Below are positions 51,481 through 63,744 of a stretch of 64,000 nt of DNA, in pieces. Position numbers and translations under genes: made by a program. Numbering within the stretch: the stretch's first letter is position 1; each line of letters starts with the position of its first letter. The notes beneath the pieces were generated by a model that had not been told where the DNA came from, ran no database searches, and was given only the letters and a program-made list of their open reading frames with translations. This DNA comes from Nitrospirota bacterium (lineage in GTDB: Bacteria > Nitrospinota_A > UBA7883 > JACRGQ01): NCBI GenBank assembly GCA_024275955.1, contig JAJRYD010000004.1:69346-133345 (forward strand), in the 5' to 3' direction.

Positions 51481-52284
51481 TCAAAAGTACGAAACTATAG
51501 CCAAAGTGCCGACCGCCCAGACATACCAGCTAAACCATATAAGCTTGCCGCGTTTTACGATATTGATAAGCCATATCAACGCAAGAGTACCGACGATAAA
51601 AGAGACGGCGGAACCTAAAAGATAAATCTGCAGGTTGCCGTCCAGCTCTGCCAGATGCCTAGATTTAAGCAAAAGCGCGCCGAGTATCGCCGGAACAGAT
51701 AAAAGAAAAGAGAACCGTGCCGCCGACTCCCGCTTTATACCTAAAAAAAGCGCGATAGCTATCGTCATCCCGGCGCGCGATATGCCGGGAGTAATCGCGC
51801 ATCCTTGAGCCACCCCTATTATCAACGCTTCCCTTACCGTAATGAAGCTCTCCTCTTTTCCCCCGTCATTTTTCCCACGAGTGGCAAAGAGTATCGCGCC
51901 TGTTACAAGAAGCATTACCCCGACTATAAATGGCGAGCCGAAAAGCCTTTCAAAATGGTTCTCAAGAGTAACCCCCATTAATGCAGTCGGAACATTCGCG
52001 ACCACTATCATCAGAAAAGTTCTCGCGTGCGGGAACTGCTGGAGGTTTTTAAAACGGTCAGCCGCGGCGCTTATAGTCTCCCTTGCCATAGCCGCAATAT
52101 CTCTACGGTAAACGACAAGTACGGAAAGAAGCGTGCCGACATGCAAAAGCACGTCAAAAAATACCATCGGCTCGTCCAAGCCGAGATACGCCTGCATAAG
52201 CACAAGATGCCCGGAACTACTTACCGGCAAAAACTCCGTAAGGCCCTGCACTATGCCGAGTATTGCAGATTCAATATAAGAGAT
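51481..52284 (-). CDS. uppP: Undecaprenyl-diphosphate phosphatase (probable non-canonical ATC start at 52284)
   Basis: QGLTEFLPVSSSGHL, PGISR, AARFSFL. The homologous N-terminus SYIESAILGIV lies upstream of the first canonical start (GTG 52251). Confidence 0.93.
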   Translation of the reverse strand: MSYIESAILGIVQGLTEFLPVSSSGHLVLMQAYLGLDEPMVFFDVLLHVGTLLSVLVVYRRDIAAMARETISAAADRFKNLQQFPHARTFLMIVVANVPTALMGVTLENHFERLFGSPFIVGVMLLVTGAILFATRGKNDGGKEESFITVREALIIGVAQGCAITPGISRAGMTIAIALFLGIKRESAARFSFLLSVPAILGALLLKSRHLAELDGNLQIYLLGSAVSFIVGTLALIWLINIVKRGKLIWFSWYVWAVGTLAIVSYF

Positions 52285-52292
52285 AACCGCTC

Positions 52293-53438
52293 CTACCGTT
52301 TTCTTTCGATCTTATGATCAATTATATATATAGCGGCCCGTTTTGCCGCGCCGGCTTTACCAAGCTTTTGGCGTACCTCTTTTAACGCCTCTCTTTTTTC
52401 GATAAGCTTCGCCTCGTCGGATAAAAGCCCCAAAACCTCTTTTGCTACGTCACCGGCTTTAAAATCGCTTTGAAGATATTCGGTAGCTACTTTTTTGCCG
52501 GCGATAATATTGGGAAGCCCGATAAACTCTACATGCGCCAAAATTCTCGCGAACCAGTAGGAGATAAACGGCCCTCTATAAACTATTACCATAGGCACTC
52601 CGAATATAGCGCCTTCAAGCGTAGATGTACCCGACTTGGTTATAAGCATATCGCTCGCCGCCATAACCTCGTGCGACCTGCCTTTTATAACTTTTATGTA
52701 GCTTCTATCGCCTACAGCTTTAAGCACCTTGCGCTCGTCAAGGCTTCCGGCGACAGGTATGACAAACCCAACATCGTCCATCTTTGAATGTATAATATCG
52801 GCCGCCTCCAGTTCCGGTTTTAGTATATGCTCTATCTCAGCGTTGCGGCTACCGGGCAAAAGCCCCACAATCTTTTTGCAATCGGCCGGCATCAGCTCGC
52901 TACGGAGCGACTCGCGGTCATAACTTTTTATCTCGTCCAGCATCGGATGCCCTAAAAATTCGGCCTTCACTCCACACTGTCTGTAAAAACCTACCTCAAA
53001 TGGAAAAAGCACAAGCATAGTATCTACCCAGCTTTTAAGACTGTTAGCCCTGTAGGTTCGCCACGCCCAAAGCTGTGGACATACATAATAGAAAACCGGA
53101 ACGCCAGCACCATACGCAAACTTTCCTATACGAAAATTCAGCTCCGGAGCGTCAATAAGAATCAGAGCGTCGTATTCTTCCTTTTCGATATTTTCCTTTA
53201 TCTCCCCCAAAACCTTTTTGAAGAAAAATATTTTTTTTAGAATGTCGATAAGACCGATAGCGGCCATCTCTCTGACATGGTGAAAAATCTTCACGCCTTC
53301 GGCTTTCATCCTGTCGCCCCCGATACCGGCAAGCTCGACATCCGGGTTAAGCTTTTTAAACTCGGCGGCAAGACGCGCACCGTATATCTCGCCCGATTCC
53401 TCACCAGCCGATATAAAAAACTTCAAGCCATTACCCAA
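52293..53438 (-). CDS. lpxB: Lipid-A-disaccharide synthase
   Basis: AGEESG, IDAPELN, PQLWAWR, FPFE, GHP, LPGSR..E, SGTSTLE, LPNI. Confidence 0.96.
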   Translation of the reverse strand: MGNGLKFFISAGEESGEIYGARLAAEFKKLNPDVELAGIGGDRMKAEGVKIFHHVREMAAIGLIDILKKIFFFKKVLGEIKENIEKEEYDALILIDAPELNFRIGKFAYGAGVPVFYYVCPQLWAWRTYRANSLKSWVDTMLVLFPFEVGFYRQCGVKAEFLGHPMLDEIKSYDRESLRSELMPADCKKIVGLLPGSRNAEIEHILKPELEAADIIHSKMDDVGFVIPVAGSLDERKVLKAVGDRSYIKVIKGRSHEVMAASDMLITKSGTSTLEGAIFGVPMVIVYRGPFISYWFARILAHVEFIGLPNIIAGKKVATEYLQSDFKAGDVAKEVLGLLSDEAKLIEKREALKEVRQKLGKAGAAKRAAIYIIDHKIERKR

Positions 53439-54819
53439 CCATGTTAAACGAACGGACTCGAAGCTTTACGCCAAGACTGTCGCTAAGTTTTTTAACCGCC
53501 CCGATATCTACCCCTTCAGGCAGGTCAACCGCCGTTACTACGGTCTCCGGCAAAAGCGCGCCCGCGCGCTTTATAAAATCTATCATCGCGTCAAAAGCAT
53601 TTTCGGGGTCTAACGGCTTGCAGAGCTTATTATAGGTTTCTTTATCCTCGGCATTTAACGAAACCGAAACACTGTCTATAAGGCCGACAAGCTCCGGCAC
53701 TATATCCCTTTTGTTTATAACACTTCCGTAGCCGTTGGTATTAAGCCTAGTCTTCAAGCCTCTCTCTTTCGCTTTTGCCGCGACCGCTTTGACCACCTCT
53801 AGCCTCATGGTCGGCTCGCCGAACCCGCAGAAAACCAGTTCTTCCGGCATGGAGCCGCCTATCTCATTTAGTATTTCTTCCACCGAAGGGTCGCTCTCTA
53901 CATCTAGGTTATGTCCCTGCACCACAGGGTAGTCAATACGAGAGCAAAAAGTACAAAGGTTAGTGCAGTCTCTAGTTACGTTTATATATATGGAATTTCT
54001 TATCCGGTAGACAATCTCCGCTTCGCCGGATGATTCATTTAAAAAAAGTTTCTTATAGTTTGCGAATGTCGCTCTTGCCAAATCTTCTGGCCTTACCCCT
54101 CTAACGCCGGCAAGCAGGGAAACTGTCTCTTTCATATACAAAGGCTGGTTCCGCTTTCCGCGCGTAGACTGCGGGGAGAGATACGGGCAATCGGTTTCTA
54201 CCAGCAAACGGTCCGGCGGTACAACCTTGGCCGCGTCTCTTAGGTTTTGCGCCTTTTTGTAGGTAACATTGCCGGCAAAAGAGATATAAAACCCTAAGCG
54301 CAATCCTATTTTAGCCTCTTCCACATTTTCCGAAAAGCAGTGAAGCACTCCTCCTGCCTTCTTGTCGAAATGCTTTTCAAAAATCGGAACGATATCGCCA
54401 AAAGCATCACGGCTATGAATGATTACCGGCTTGCCGGCTTCGCTCGCAATTTTGAGATGTTCTATGAGAACTCTTTTCTGCGACTCTTTGGAGGAACGGT
54501 TGCGGAAATAGTCGAGCCCCGTTTCGCCTATAGCTACCACCTTTTCATTTTCGGCAAGTGTTTTTATTCTTTTTATATCGTCATCGGTAACGGAATCGGC
54601 AGAATGCGGATGAACGCCGACAGACGCTTTCATATGGCTAAACTTCTCCGCAAGCTCTACCGCCCGTTCGGCAGAGATGATATCGTAAGCGACATTGGTA
54701 AGTAGAAAACCTTCGCTTTCAAGCTGTTCGGCAATCTCGTCGATGTCGCCGTCAAAATCGTGATGATTAAGATGCGCGTGCGAATCTGCGTATCTTATGC
54801 TTTTCTCTTTTTTGCTCAT
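53431..54819 (-). CDS. TatD family nuclease fused to a TatD-associated radical SAM domain
   Basis: DSHAH, GVHPH, IGETGLDY, ETDCPY, then CTNLCTFC and FCGFGEP; start placed at MSKK (54819). Confidence 0.9.
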   Translation of the reverse strand: MSKKEKSIRYADSHAHLNHHDFDGDIDEIAEQLESEGFLLTNVAYDIISAERAVELAEKFSHMKASVGVHPHSADSVTDDDIKRIKTLAENEKVVAIGETGLDYFRNRSSKESQKRVLIEHLKIASEAGKPVIIHSRDAFGDIVPIFEKHFDKKAGGVLHCFSENVEEAKIGLRLGFYISFAGNVTYKKAQNLRDAAKVVPPDRLLVETDCPYLSPQSTRGKRNQPLYMKETVSLLAGVRGVRPEDLARATFANYKKLFLNESSGEAEIVYRIRNSIYINVTRDCTNLCTFCSRIDYPVVQGHNLDVESDPSVEEILNEIGGSMPEELVFCGFGEPTMRLEVVKAVAAKAKERGLKTRLNTNGYGSVINKRDIVPELVGLIDSVSVSLNAEDKETYNKLCKPLDPENAFDAMIDFIKRAGALLPETVVTAVDLPEGVDIGAVKKLSDSLGVKLRVRSFNMVG

Positions 54820-55332
54820 AAGCCTTCCATAGTACCGACCTACCGAGCTAGAGGCAAGCACGCTGGGGGGCAGTATTTTAGTTTTCAAAGTCATTTTACC
54901 CGCAAAGTTGCCATTGCGAAAAATGCGCCGGCATCTTGTGGCAATCTGGCAGGCTGTCGCCAACTGCGTTGGCTCCTCGTGATGAGATTAAAATAACCTG
55001 CAATTCACTTAGGCACTACCAAAGCGTGCGGCCAGTGGCCGCAACGCGCTAGTGGAATTTTTGTTAAATACTTTATACCTGCGAGAAAACGAGCTTCCAA
55101 TTTATTTTCAATCAATCCGAAGTTTTCCCCGCCTTTGATTAAAGTTCAAAAGCAGGCGGGACGCGTGCGAGTACATCGGGCGGCGGAGCTAGCCGGCCCT
55201 ATGCCCCCCGGCATGCCTGCATTACAGGTCTGCCTCCAGCAGAAGGCAAGCAACTTTTACTGGAGGCTCCAAAGATTTTGTTTATCGCATACGATAGCAG
55301 GCTCCGCGCTCTGCGTGGCCGCCTTTGCGCCG

Positions 55333-57865
<2,533 letters not shown>

Positions 57866-57877
57866 AGCTTACTGCCT

Positions 57878-59470
57878 TCAAAGCGTAACCATCCATGCCT
57901 TCTCTATATTTTCCATCCCGTTTATCTCTTCCATCATTTCAGGAGTTAGAGGAGAATCTATATTAACAAGAGATACCGCTTTTTTTGAAGAGCCGGCGCG
58001 CCCAAGCCGGAACTGCCCTATGTTGACGCCTTTGATGCCGAGAAAGGTGCCGACAGCTCCGATAACGCCCGGCTTGTCCTCGTTCGTAAAAATCAGCACG
58101 TTGCCCTCCGGCACCGCTTCTATATGAACACCGTTAATATTGACGATGCGCGGCTCCCTGCGGCCGAAGATAGTACCGGATATCGACTGCTCTCCGGCTT
58201 CGGTGATAACCTTTACGGTAAGAAGCCCTACAAAATTATGAGCGGTATGGCTCGACGATTTCTTAACAGCTATCCCTCTTTCCTCCGCGATAAAAGGGGC
58301 GTTGACAAAGTTTACCCCGTCTCCGCTTATATGCGAGAGGAAACCTTTAAGCACGGAGGTGCTAAGAGGTTTTATATCGACATCGGCTATCTCGCCGCTT
58401 GACGCTATCTCTATCTCCTTAACTCCCTCATCGGTAATCTGGGCAAGCAGGCTTCCTATCTTTTCCGCCAGCGTAAGGTAAGGCTCTATCCTTTTTAGAA
58501 CCTCAGGGTCTACAGCCGGCACGTTGACGGCGTTTACTATAGCTCCTGTCTCGGCATAAGCTACCATCTGCTCGGCAACTGCTGTCGCTACGTTCTCTTG
58601 CGCTTCGCTGGTGCTGGCGCCGAGGTGCGGTGTGCATATAATTTTGGGGTTTTTTATAAGCTCGCTATCGGCAGACGGCGGCTCGTTTTCAAAAACATCA
58701 AGCGCCGCGCCGGCCACCTTGCCGGAGTTAATCGCGCTTAAAAGTGCCGCCTCGTCTACTATACCGCCCCGCGCACAGTTGACTATCCGCACGCCGTCTT
58801 TCATCGCGGCGAACTGCTCATCGGAAATCATATGCCGTGTCTTATCTGTAAGAGGCGTATGTATCGTTATAAAATCGGCTTGGCTGAAAACCTCATCGAG
58901 GCTCATAAGCAAAACGCCCATCTCTTCCGCTTTTTCTTTACTTATAAAAGGGTCGTAAGCGACGCAATTCATAAAAAAGCCTTTACCACACCTAACTACA
59001 ACGGAGCCGACGCGGCCCATGCCGATAAGCCCAAGGGTTTTGCCTTTAAGTTCGGTGCCTATAAGCTTTCTGTTCCACTCGCCCGATTTAATGCCGGCTG
59101 TGCCTTGCGGAACATTTCTAGCCATAGAGATAAGAAGCGCGAATGTATGCTCGCCGGTTGTGACGGTGTTACCGCCCGGAGTGTTCTCTACCGCTATCCC
59201 TTTTTTGCTCGCCGCAGGTATATCTACGTTATCAACGCCGGCACCTGCCCGCCCAACAACCTTAAGCCTACCGGCCGCCTCAATGACATCGGCGGTTACT
59301 TTTGTTCCGCTTCTTATAATAATACCGTCGTATGCAGGTATCGTTTTTATAAGTTCTTCCGGTGTCATGCCTACTTTCACGTCTACTTCTATGCTGTCGC
59401 ACTTGCCGAGAATTTCCAGCCCGTTATCGGAGAGCTTATCGCTTACCAGAACCTTGAACTTGTCAGCCAT
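57878..59470 (-). CDS. serA: D-3-phosphoglycerate dehydrogenase (long form with ACT domain)
   Basis: GRAGAGVDN, NCARGG, TPHLGAST.EAQ, DKPGVIG. Confidence 0.96.
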   Translation of the reverse strand: MADKFKVLVSDKLSDNGLEILGKCDSIEVDVKVGMTPEELIKTIPAYDGIIIRSGTKVTADVIEAAGRLKVVGRAGAGVDNVDIPAASKKGIAVENTPGGNTVTTGEHTFALLISMARNVPQGTAGIKSGEWNRKLIGTELKGKTLGLIGMGRVGSVVVRCGKGFFMNCVAYDPFISKEKAEEMGVLLMSLDEVFSQADFITIHTPLTDKTRHMISDEQFAAMKDGVRIVNCARGGIVDEAALLSAINSGKVAGAALDVFENEPPSADSELIKNPKIICTPHLGASTSEAQENVATAVAEQMVAYAETGAIVNAVNVPAVDPEVLKRIEPYLTLAEKIGSLLAQITDEGVKEIEIASSGEIADVDIKPLSTSVLKGFLSHISGDGVNFVNAPFIAEERGIAVKKSSSHTAHNFVGLLTVKVITEAGEQSISGTIFGRREPRIVNINGVHIEAVPEGNVLIFTNEDKPGVIGAVGTFLGIKGVNIGQFRLGRAGSSKKAVSLVNIDSPLTPEMMEEINGMENIEKAWMVTL

Positions 59471-59471
59471 T

Positions 59472-60620
59472 TTAAATCCCAAACCCCTCTTTTAAAACTT
59501 CTTCCGCCGCGGCAACACCAGTGCCTAGCTTAATATCTGCGCCGAATTTCGATAGCGCCATCTCCAGCGCGGAAATGGCGATAATAACGTCGAACGCTCC
59601 TATGTAGCCTAGCTGTGCTATTCGAATAATCTTTCCTTTCCACTCGTCCTGCCCGCCGGCGTATGTAACGCCGAAATTATCTCGCAAGGTTTTTACAAGT
59701 TTATTTCCATCGACACCCTCGGGGAGATATACCCCCGTCATCGCTTCGGAAGGAGAGTCTGTTACATTTTTTAAACCAAGAGCGTCGCAACCGGCGCGAA
59801 CCGCTTTGGCATGGAGAGCGGTTCGTTTGTAAACATTATCTAAACCTTCTTCCTCGAACATATCCAAAGCTTCTTTCAAGCCGTTGATAAGAGTAACGGC
59901 CGGCGTGTAGGCCGATGTATTGTTGGCCAGATTTTTCTTTTCTTTTTTAAGGTTTAGGTAAAACTTGCTGTTTTTCGCTTCGTCTGCCTTTTTCCATGCC
60001 TTCTCGCTAAGAGCTATGAACGCTAACCCCGGCGGAAGCATGAACGCCTTTTGCGCGCCCGATACCAAAATGTCGATACCCCAGTCGTCCATAGGAATTT
60101 CAAACACGCCAACACCTGTGATGCCGTCTACCACAAACAGCAGGTCGCGGCCGCGAGTGATTTGGGCCACTTCCTTAATAGGATGCTTAACCGTGGTGGA
60201 AGATTCTGTCGCCTGCATAAAGACGCCTTTAATATCGGGGTCTTTATCCAGCTCTGCTTTTATAGCAGACGGGTCTGCCGCTTGGCCCCAGCCGAGTTTC
60301 ATCCAAACCACTTCCAGACCAAAGCTCTCGCTTATCTGCCCCCATCGTTCGCCGAACTTACCGCTGTTAATAACGAGTACCTTCTCGCCTTTGCTAAAGC
60401 TGTTTGCTACCGCCGCTTCCATAGCACCTGTGCCGGAAGACGAAAGAATTATTACATCCTCTTTTGTCTGCCAAAGTTTTTTCAAACGCTTCGCGCAATC
60501 GGCAAAGACCGCGGAAAACTGCGGGGTGCGGTGGTGGATTACCGGCTGGGCCATCGCAAGCAATACTCTTTCCGGCACTGCCGTAGGCCCCGGTGAAAGA
60601 AGATAGTTCTTAAGCATCAT
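59472..60620 (-). CDS. Class V PLP aminotransferase (serine-pyruvate/alanine-glyoxylate type)
   Basis: PGPT, HHRT..F, SGTGAMEAA, GKFGERW, SGAQKAFMLPPGL; upstream of serA. Confidence 0.9.
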   Translation of the reverse strand: MMLKNYLLSPGPTAVPERVLLAMAQPVIHHRTPQFSAVFADCAKRLKKLWQTKEDVIILSSSGTGAMEAAVANSFSKGEKVLVINSGKFGERWGQISESFGLEVVWMKLGWGQAADPSAIKAELDKDPDIKGVFMQATESSTTVKHPIKEVAQITRGRDLLFVVDGITGVGVFEIPMDDWGIDILVSGAQKAFMLPPGLAFIALSEKAWKKADEAKNSKFYLNLKKEKKNLANNTSAYTPAVTLINGLKEALDMFEEEGLDNVYKRTALHAKAVRAGCDALGLKNVTDSPSEAMTGVYLPEGVDGNKLVKTLRDNFGVTYAGGQDEWKGKIIRIAQLGYIGAFDVIIAISALEMALSKFGADIKLGTGVAAAEEVLKEGFGI

Positions 60621-60829
60621 TTTCTCCTGTAAAAAGAATCTTGGTTCTTAAAAATTCAACAACCTATAATAGGTAGATTAACTCTAAACTAGCGTCTCCA
60701 AAACGAACAGATTATAGGAGAATTACGATTATATTGCCACTAAAACCGCCCGCGTTGATAACTCTTACAGCCAGGATATGGGACAAAGAATTTAAAATCG
60801 GCTGAAAAACATACAACCTGCTGAAATTA

Positions 60830-61840
60830 CTAGGTCAATACTGGCTCCTTCTGTTCGGATAGACTTTCCTTTGGGGCTGTATTTTTAACAAAATCGACAG
60901 CTAGCCTGTACGAATCGTCCGCCTCCGTCTCGACGGGAACTGCCTTTGCGAATTTTACAGAATCGCAGGTTTCTAAAAGAGAAATAACACTGTTTTTATA
61001 TTTCTCTATCCTTTTTGGAAAGTTGTTGGAAAATTCAAAGGTGGTCCATTCCATCGCCTCCACATTGCAGGTACTCTCTGTATACTGCCGTACCACATCG
61101 GAGATAGATGAAAAATATTCCTTAACCTTTCCTTTAGCATAAAGATTTTCAGATTTTATCTGCGCAAGTTTTCTCAAAGCGGCATCGTAAGGTTTTTCCG
61201 GTATCTCCACGTTTCGTTTATCCCTTTGCCTTTTGTAGTAGAGATAAAAGCCGATAACCGCCGCCAGAATCAAAAGAAAAAGCAGAGCCGGAACGATATA
61301 TACCGTCCAATCTCTAACGGCGTTCGCCTCTTTTTCTATCGCGTCTGCACTCGGCTCTTTGCCGATTATTACCGATTTTACCTCTACGAAAATATCGTCC
61401 GTCTTCACGCTTTTGATATTGCCGTCGGCATCGCTCCATTCATAAACATATTCTGGCAGTTTCAATCTGCCGGTATCGAAAGCGGCAAGAGTAAAAACGA
61501 TTTTGGAAACAGCTTTGCCCGGCTTACCCTCTATCAGCTCCACGTTGACCATCTCGAAAGGCTCCGGGTGCAAAAGCTTTACCTGCGGTCTCGGCGTTTT
61601 TCCGTTATCGCTTTTAAGGGTAACTATATAAAAAAACCTGTCGCCTATAGTGCCTTTCTTAGGGTCCACTTCCGAGCTTATAAAAACAGAAGCACCTGCC
61701 GAAAAGCTAGGGAAAAACAATATAAGCGTAAAAATAATAATTCGAAAAAGCGGAACAGCTCCGCACCCCGGCCGGCCAAAGAGAGCTTCCTTTGAAAAAG
61801 GGAAGAGGTAAGCTCTAAACAGCGCCGCTAATCTTTTCAT
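60830..61840 (-). CDS. BatD-like protein with C-terminal TM and DUF4381-like tail (start uncertain)
   Basis: Ig-like region, one TM, ISDVVRQY, AMEWTT, VKFAK; downstream of MoxR-DUF58. Confidence 0.6.
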   Translation of the reverse strand: MKRLAALFRAYLFPFSKEALFGRPGCGAVPLFRIIIFTLILFFPSFSAGASVFISSEVDPKKGTIGDRFFYIVTLKSDNGKTPRPQVKLLHPEPFEMVNVELIEGKPGKAVSKIVFTLAAFDTGRLKLPEYVYEWSDADGNIKSVKTDDIFVEVKSVIIGKEPSADAIEKEANAVRDWTVYIVPALLFLLILAAVIGFYLYYKRQRDKRNVEIPEKPYDAALRKLAQIKSENLYAKGKVKEYFSSISDVVRQYTESTCNVEAMEWTTFEFSNNFPKRIEKYKNSVISLLETCDSVKFAKAVPVETEADDSYRLAVDFVKNTAPKESLSEQKEPVLT

Positions 61841-61846
61841 CTTCCT

Positions 61847-62749
61847 CTACCGTCCGGCGGCAAGCCGTGTTTCCCTCTTCCTAAAAAATTTTATAAGCGG
61901 GTCGACAGGAGGCAGGTCTGTCCTCACCTTTATATGGTCGATGCCGTTTGAAGCGAAGAGCTTAACTAGGGCCGAATTTTTAGCCGTCATCTCCTTTTCG
62001 TACTGCTGGCGAAAACCTTCGTTAGAGCTGTCAACCAAAACCTCCTCGCCGGTCTCGGCATCAATAAGAGCAACAAGCCCAACGTCCGGCAAAACTGTTT
62101 CGGCAGGGTCAGACACCTCTACCGCTATCACGTCGTGCCTTTTAGAAGCGGCCCTTAAAGATTTTTCGAAACTATCGCTATCGAAGTCGGACAAAAGAAA
62201 GACTATTCCCTTTTTCTTTACTGTCGCGTTTAAGCTTTCGAGCGCGTTATTGATATCTGTTCCGCTACCTTTGGGGTTGAAATAAAGTATCTCGCGGATT
62301 ATCCGAAGCACATGTTTCCTTCCTTTAGCCGGCGGAATGAAAAGCTCCAGATAATCGGTAAATATAAAAAGCCCCACCTTGTCGCCGTTCTTAATGGCGG
62401 AAAAGGCTAGCGTGGCGCAAATCTCCGCCATCACTTCTGTTTTAAACTTGCTCGCAGTTCCAAAATTTCCAGATGCGGAAGCATCTACCATCAGTATTAC
62501 GGTAAGCTCTCTTTCTTCCTCGAAAATCTTTATGAAAGGATGCCCCGCGCGAGCCGTTACGTTCCAGTCTATCGCCCTTACATCATCGCCCGGCTGGTAT
62601 CGGCGCACCTCCGAGAACTCCATCCCACCGCCTTTGAAAACGGAATGGTACTCGCCGGAAAAAAGGTTTTCCACCAGCTTCCTGCTGGCGATTTCTATAT
62701 GGCGAATCCGCTTAAAAATCTCTTTCGGCAGTTTTTCTTCTTCGCCCAT
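61847..62749 (-). CDS. DUF58 (vWA-like) protein
   Basis: GMEFSEVRRYQPGDDVRAIDWNVTAR, FEEERE, DASAS, LSDF. Confidence 0.93.
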   Translation of the reverse strand: MGEEEKLPKEIFKRIRHIEIASRKLVENLFSGEYHSVFKGGGMEFSEVRRYQPGDDVRAIDWNVTARAGHPFIKIFEEERELTVILMVDASASGNFGTASKFKTEVMAEICATLAFSAIKNGDKVGLFIFTDYLELFIPPAKGRKHVLRIIREILYFNPKGSGTDINNALESLNATVKKKGIVFLLSDFDSDSFEKSLRAASKRHDVIAVEVSDPAETVLPDVGLVALIDAETGEEVLVDSSNEGFRQQYEKEMTAKNSALVKLFASNGIDHIKVRTDLPPVDPLIKFFRKRETRLAAGR

Positions 62750-62754
62750 TTTTT

Positions 62755-63744
62755 TTAAGGAACCGGTACCTTATCAAAAACCTTTTTGACCATATCGACA
62801 GAAGTTACGTTTTCCGCTTCCGCCTCGTATGTCGGCGTTATCCTATGGCGAAGCACATCAAGCGCGACAGCTTTTATATCGTCTGGTGTTACATACCCTC
62901 TATGCCTTAAAAAAGCGTTCGCTTTCGCCGCCGTTACAAGGTAGATAGATGCGCGCGGCGACGCGCCGTACTCTATAAAATTCGCCATCTCTGCAAGGCC
63001 GTATTCCTTTGGCTCTCTCGTCGCGAAGACTATGTCGGTAACATAGTTTAAAATCTTGTCGTCGACATAAACCTCATCGACAACCTGCCTCGCCTCGTCT
63101 ATTTCCGTTTTGCCTATTACCGGCAAAACTTTGTGCCGAATACCTGACGACATCCGTTTTATTATCTTGGTTTCATCTTCCTTTGTCGGGTAATCCATAT
63201 GGAGCTTTAGCATGAAACGGTCTACCTGCGCTTCCGGCAGTTGGTAGGTTCCCTCTTGTTCAATCGGGTTTTGCGTCGCAAGCACCATAAACGGCGCGTC
63301 TAGTTTAAAAGTCTCGCCTCCTATCGTAACCTGCCTTTCCTGCATAGCCTCCAAAAGAGCCGACTGCACCTTGGCAGGCGCGCGGTTTATCTCGTCGGCA
63401 AGAATTATGTTGGTAAATATCGGCCCTTTCTTTACGGAGAATTGCCCCGTCTTCGCGTCGTAAATCTCGGTTCCTATAATATCGGCAGGCAAAAGATCTG
63501 GTGTGAACTGCATCCTGCCGAAACCAAGCTTCATCGCGTCGGCAAGGCTGTTGACCGCCAGAGTTTTAGCCAGCCCCGGCACCCCCTCAAGCAATATATG
63601 TCCCCTGCAAAGAAGGGCTATAAGCATCTTTTCGAGGATATCCCGACGGCCGACTATTACTTTTCCTATCTCGCCGAAAAGAAGGTCGACAAAAGCCGAT
63701 TTTTCTCTCGCCTTTTCATTTATCGCCGTAATATCCTTGTTCAA
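62755..63744 (-). CDS. moxR: MoxR family AAA+ ATPase
   Basis: GVPGLAKT, QFTPDLLPAD, DEINRAPAKVQSALL, NPIEQEGTY, GASPR. Confidence 0.95.
   Translation of the reverse strand: MNKDITAINEKAREKSAFVDLLFGEIGKVIVGRRDILEKMLIALLCRGHILLEGVPGLAKTLAVNSLADAMKLGFGRMQFTPDLLPADIIGTEIYDAKTGQFSVKKGPIFTNIILADEINRAPAKVQSALLEAMQERQVTIGGETFKLDAPFMVLATQNPIEQEGTYQLPEAQVDRFMLKLHMDYPTKEDETKIIKRMSSGIRHKVLPVIGKTEIDEARQVVDEVYVDDKILNYVTDIVFATREPKEYGLAEMANFIEYGASPRASIYLVTAAKANAFLRHRGYVTPDDIKAVALDVLRHRITPTYEAEAENVTSVDMVKKVFDKVPVP

Noticed and set aside
54820..54963. 48-aa N-terminal extension of the TatD fusion
   Set aside because: It shows no homology to TatD. The conserved DSHAH motif follows the Met at 54819.
57878..60620. 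Class V aminotransferase-serA pair as a novel pathway
   Set aside because: This is a widespread arrangement in bacteria lacking canonical serC, so it is ordinary.
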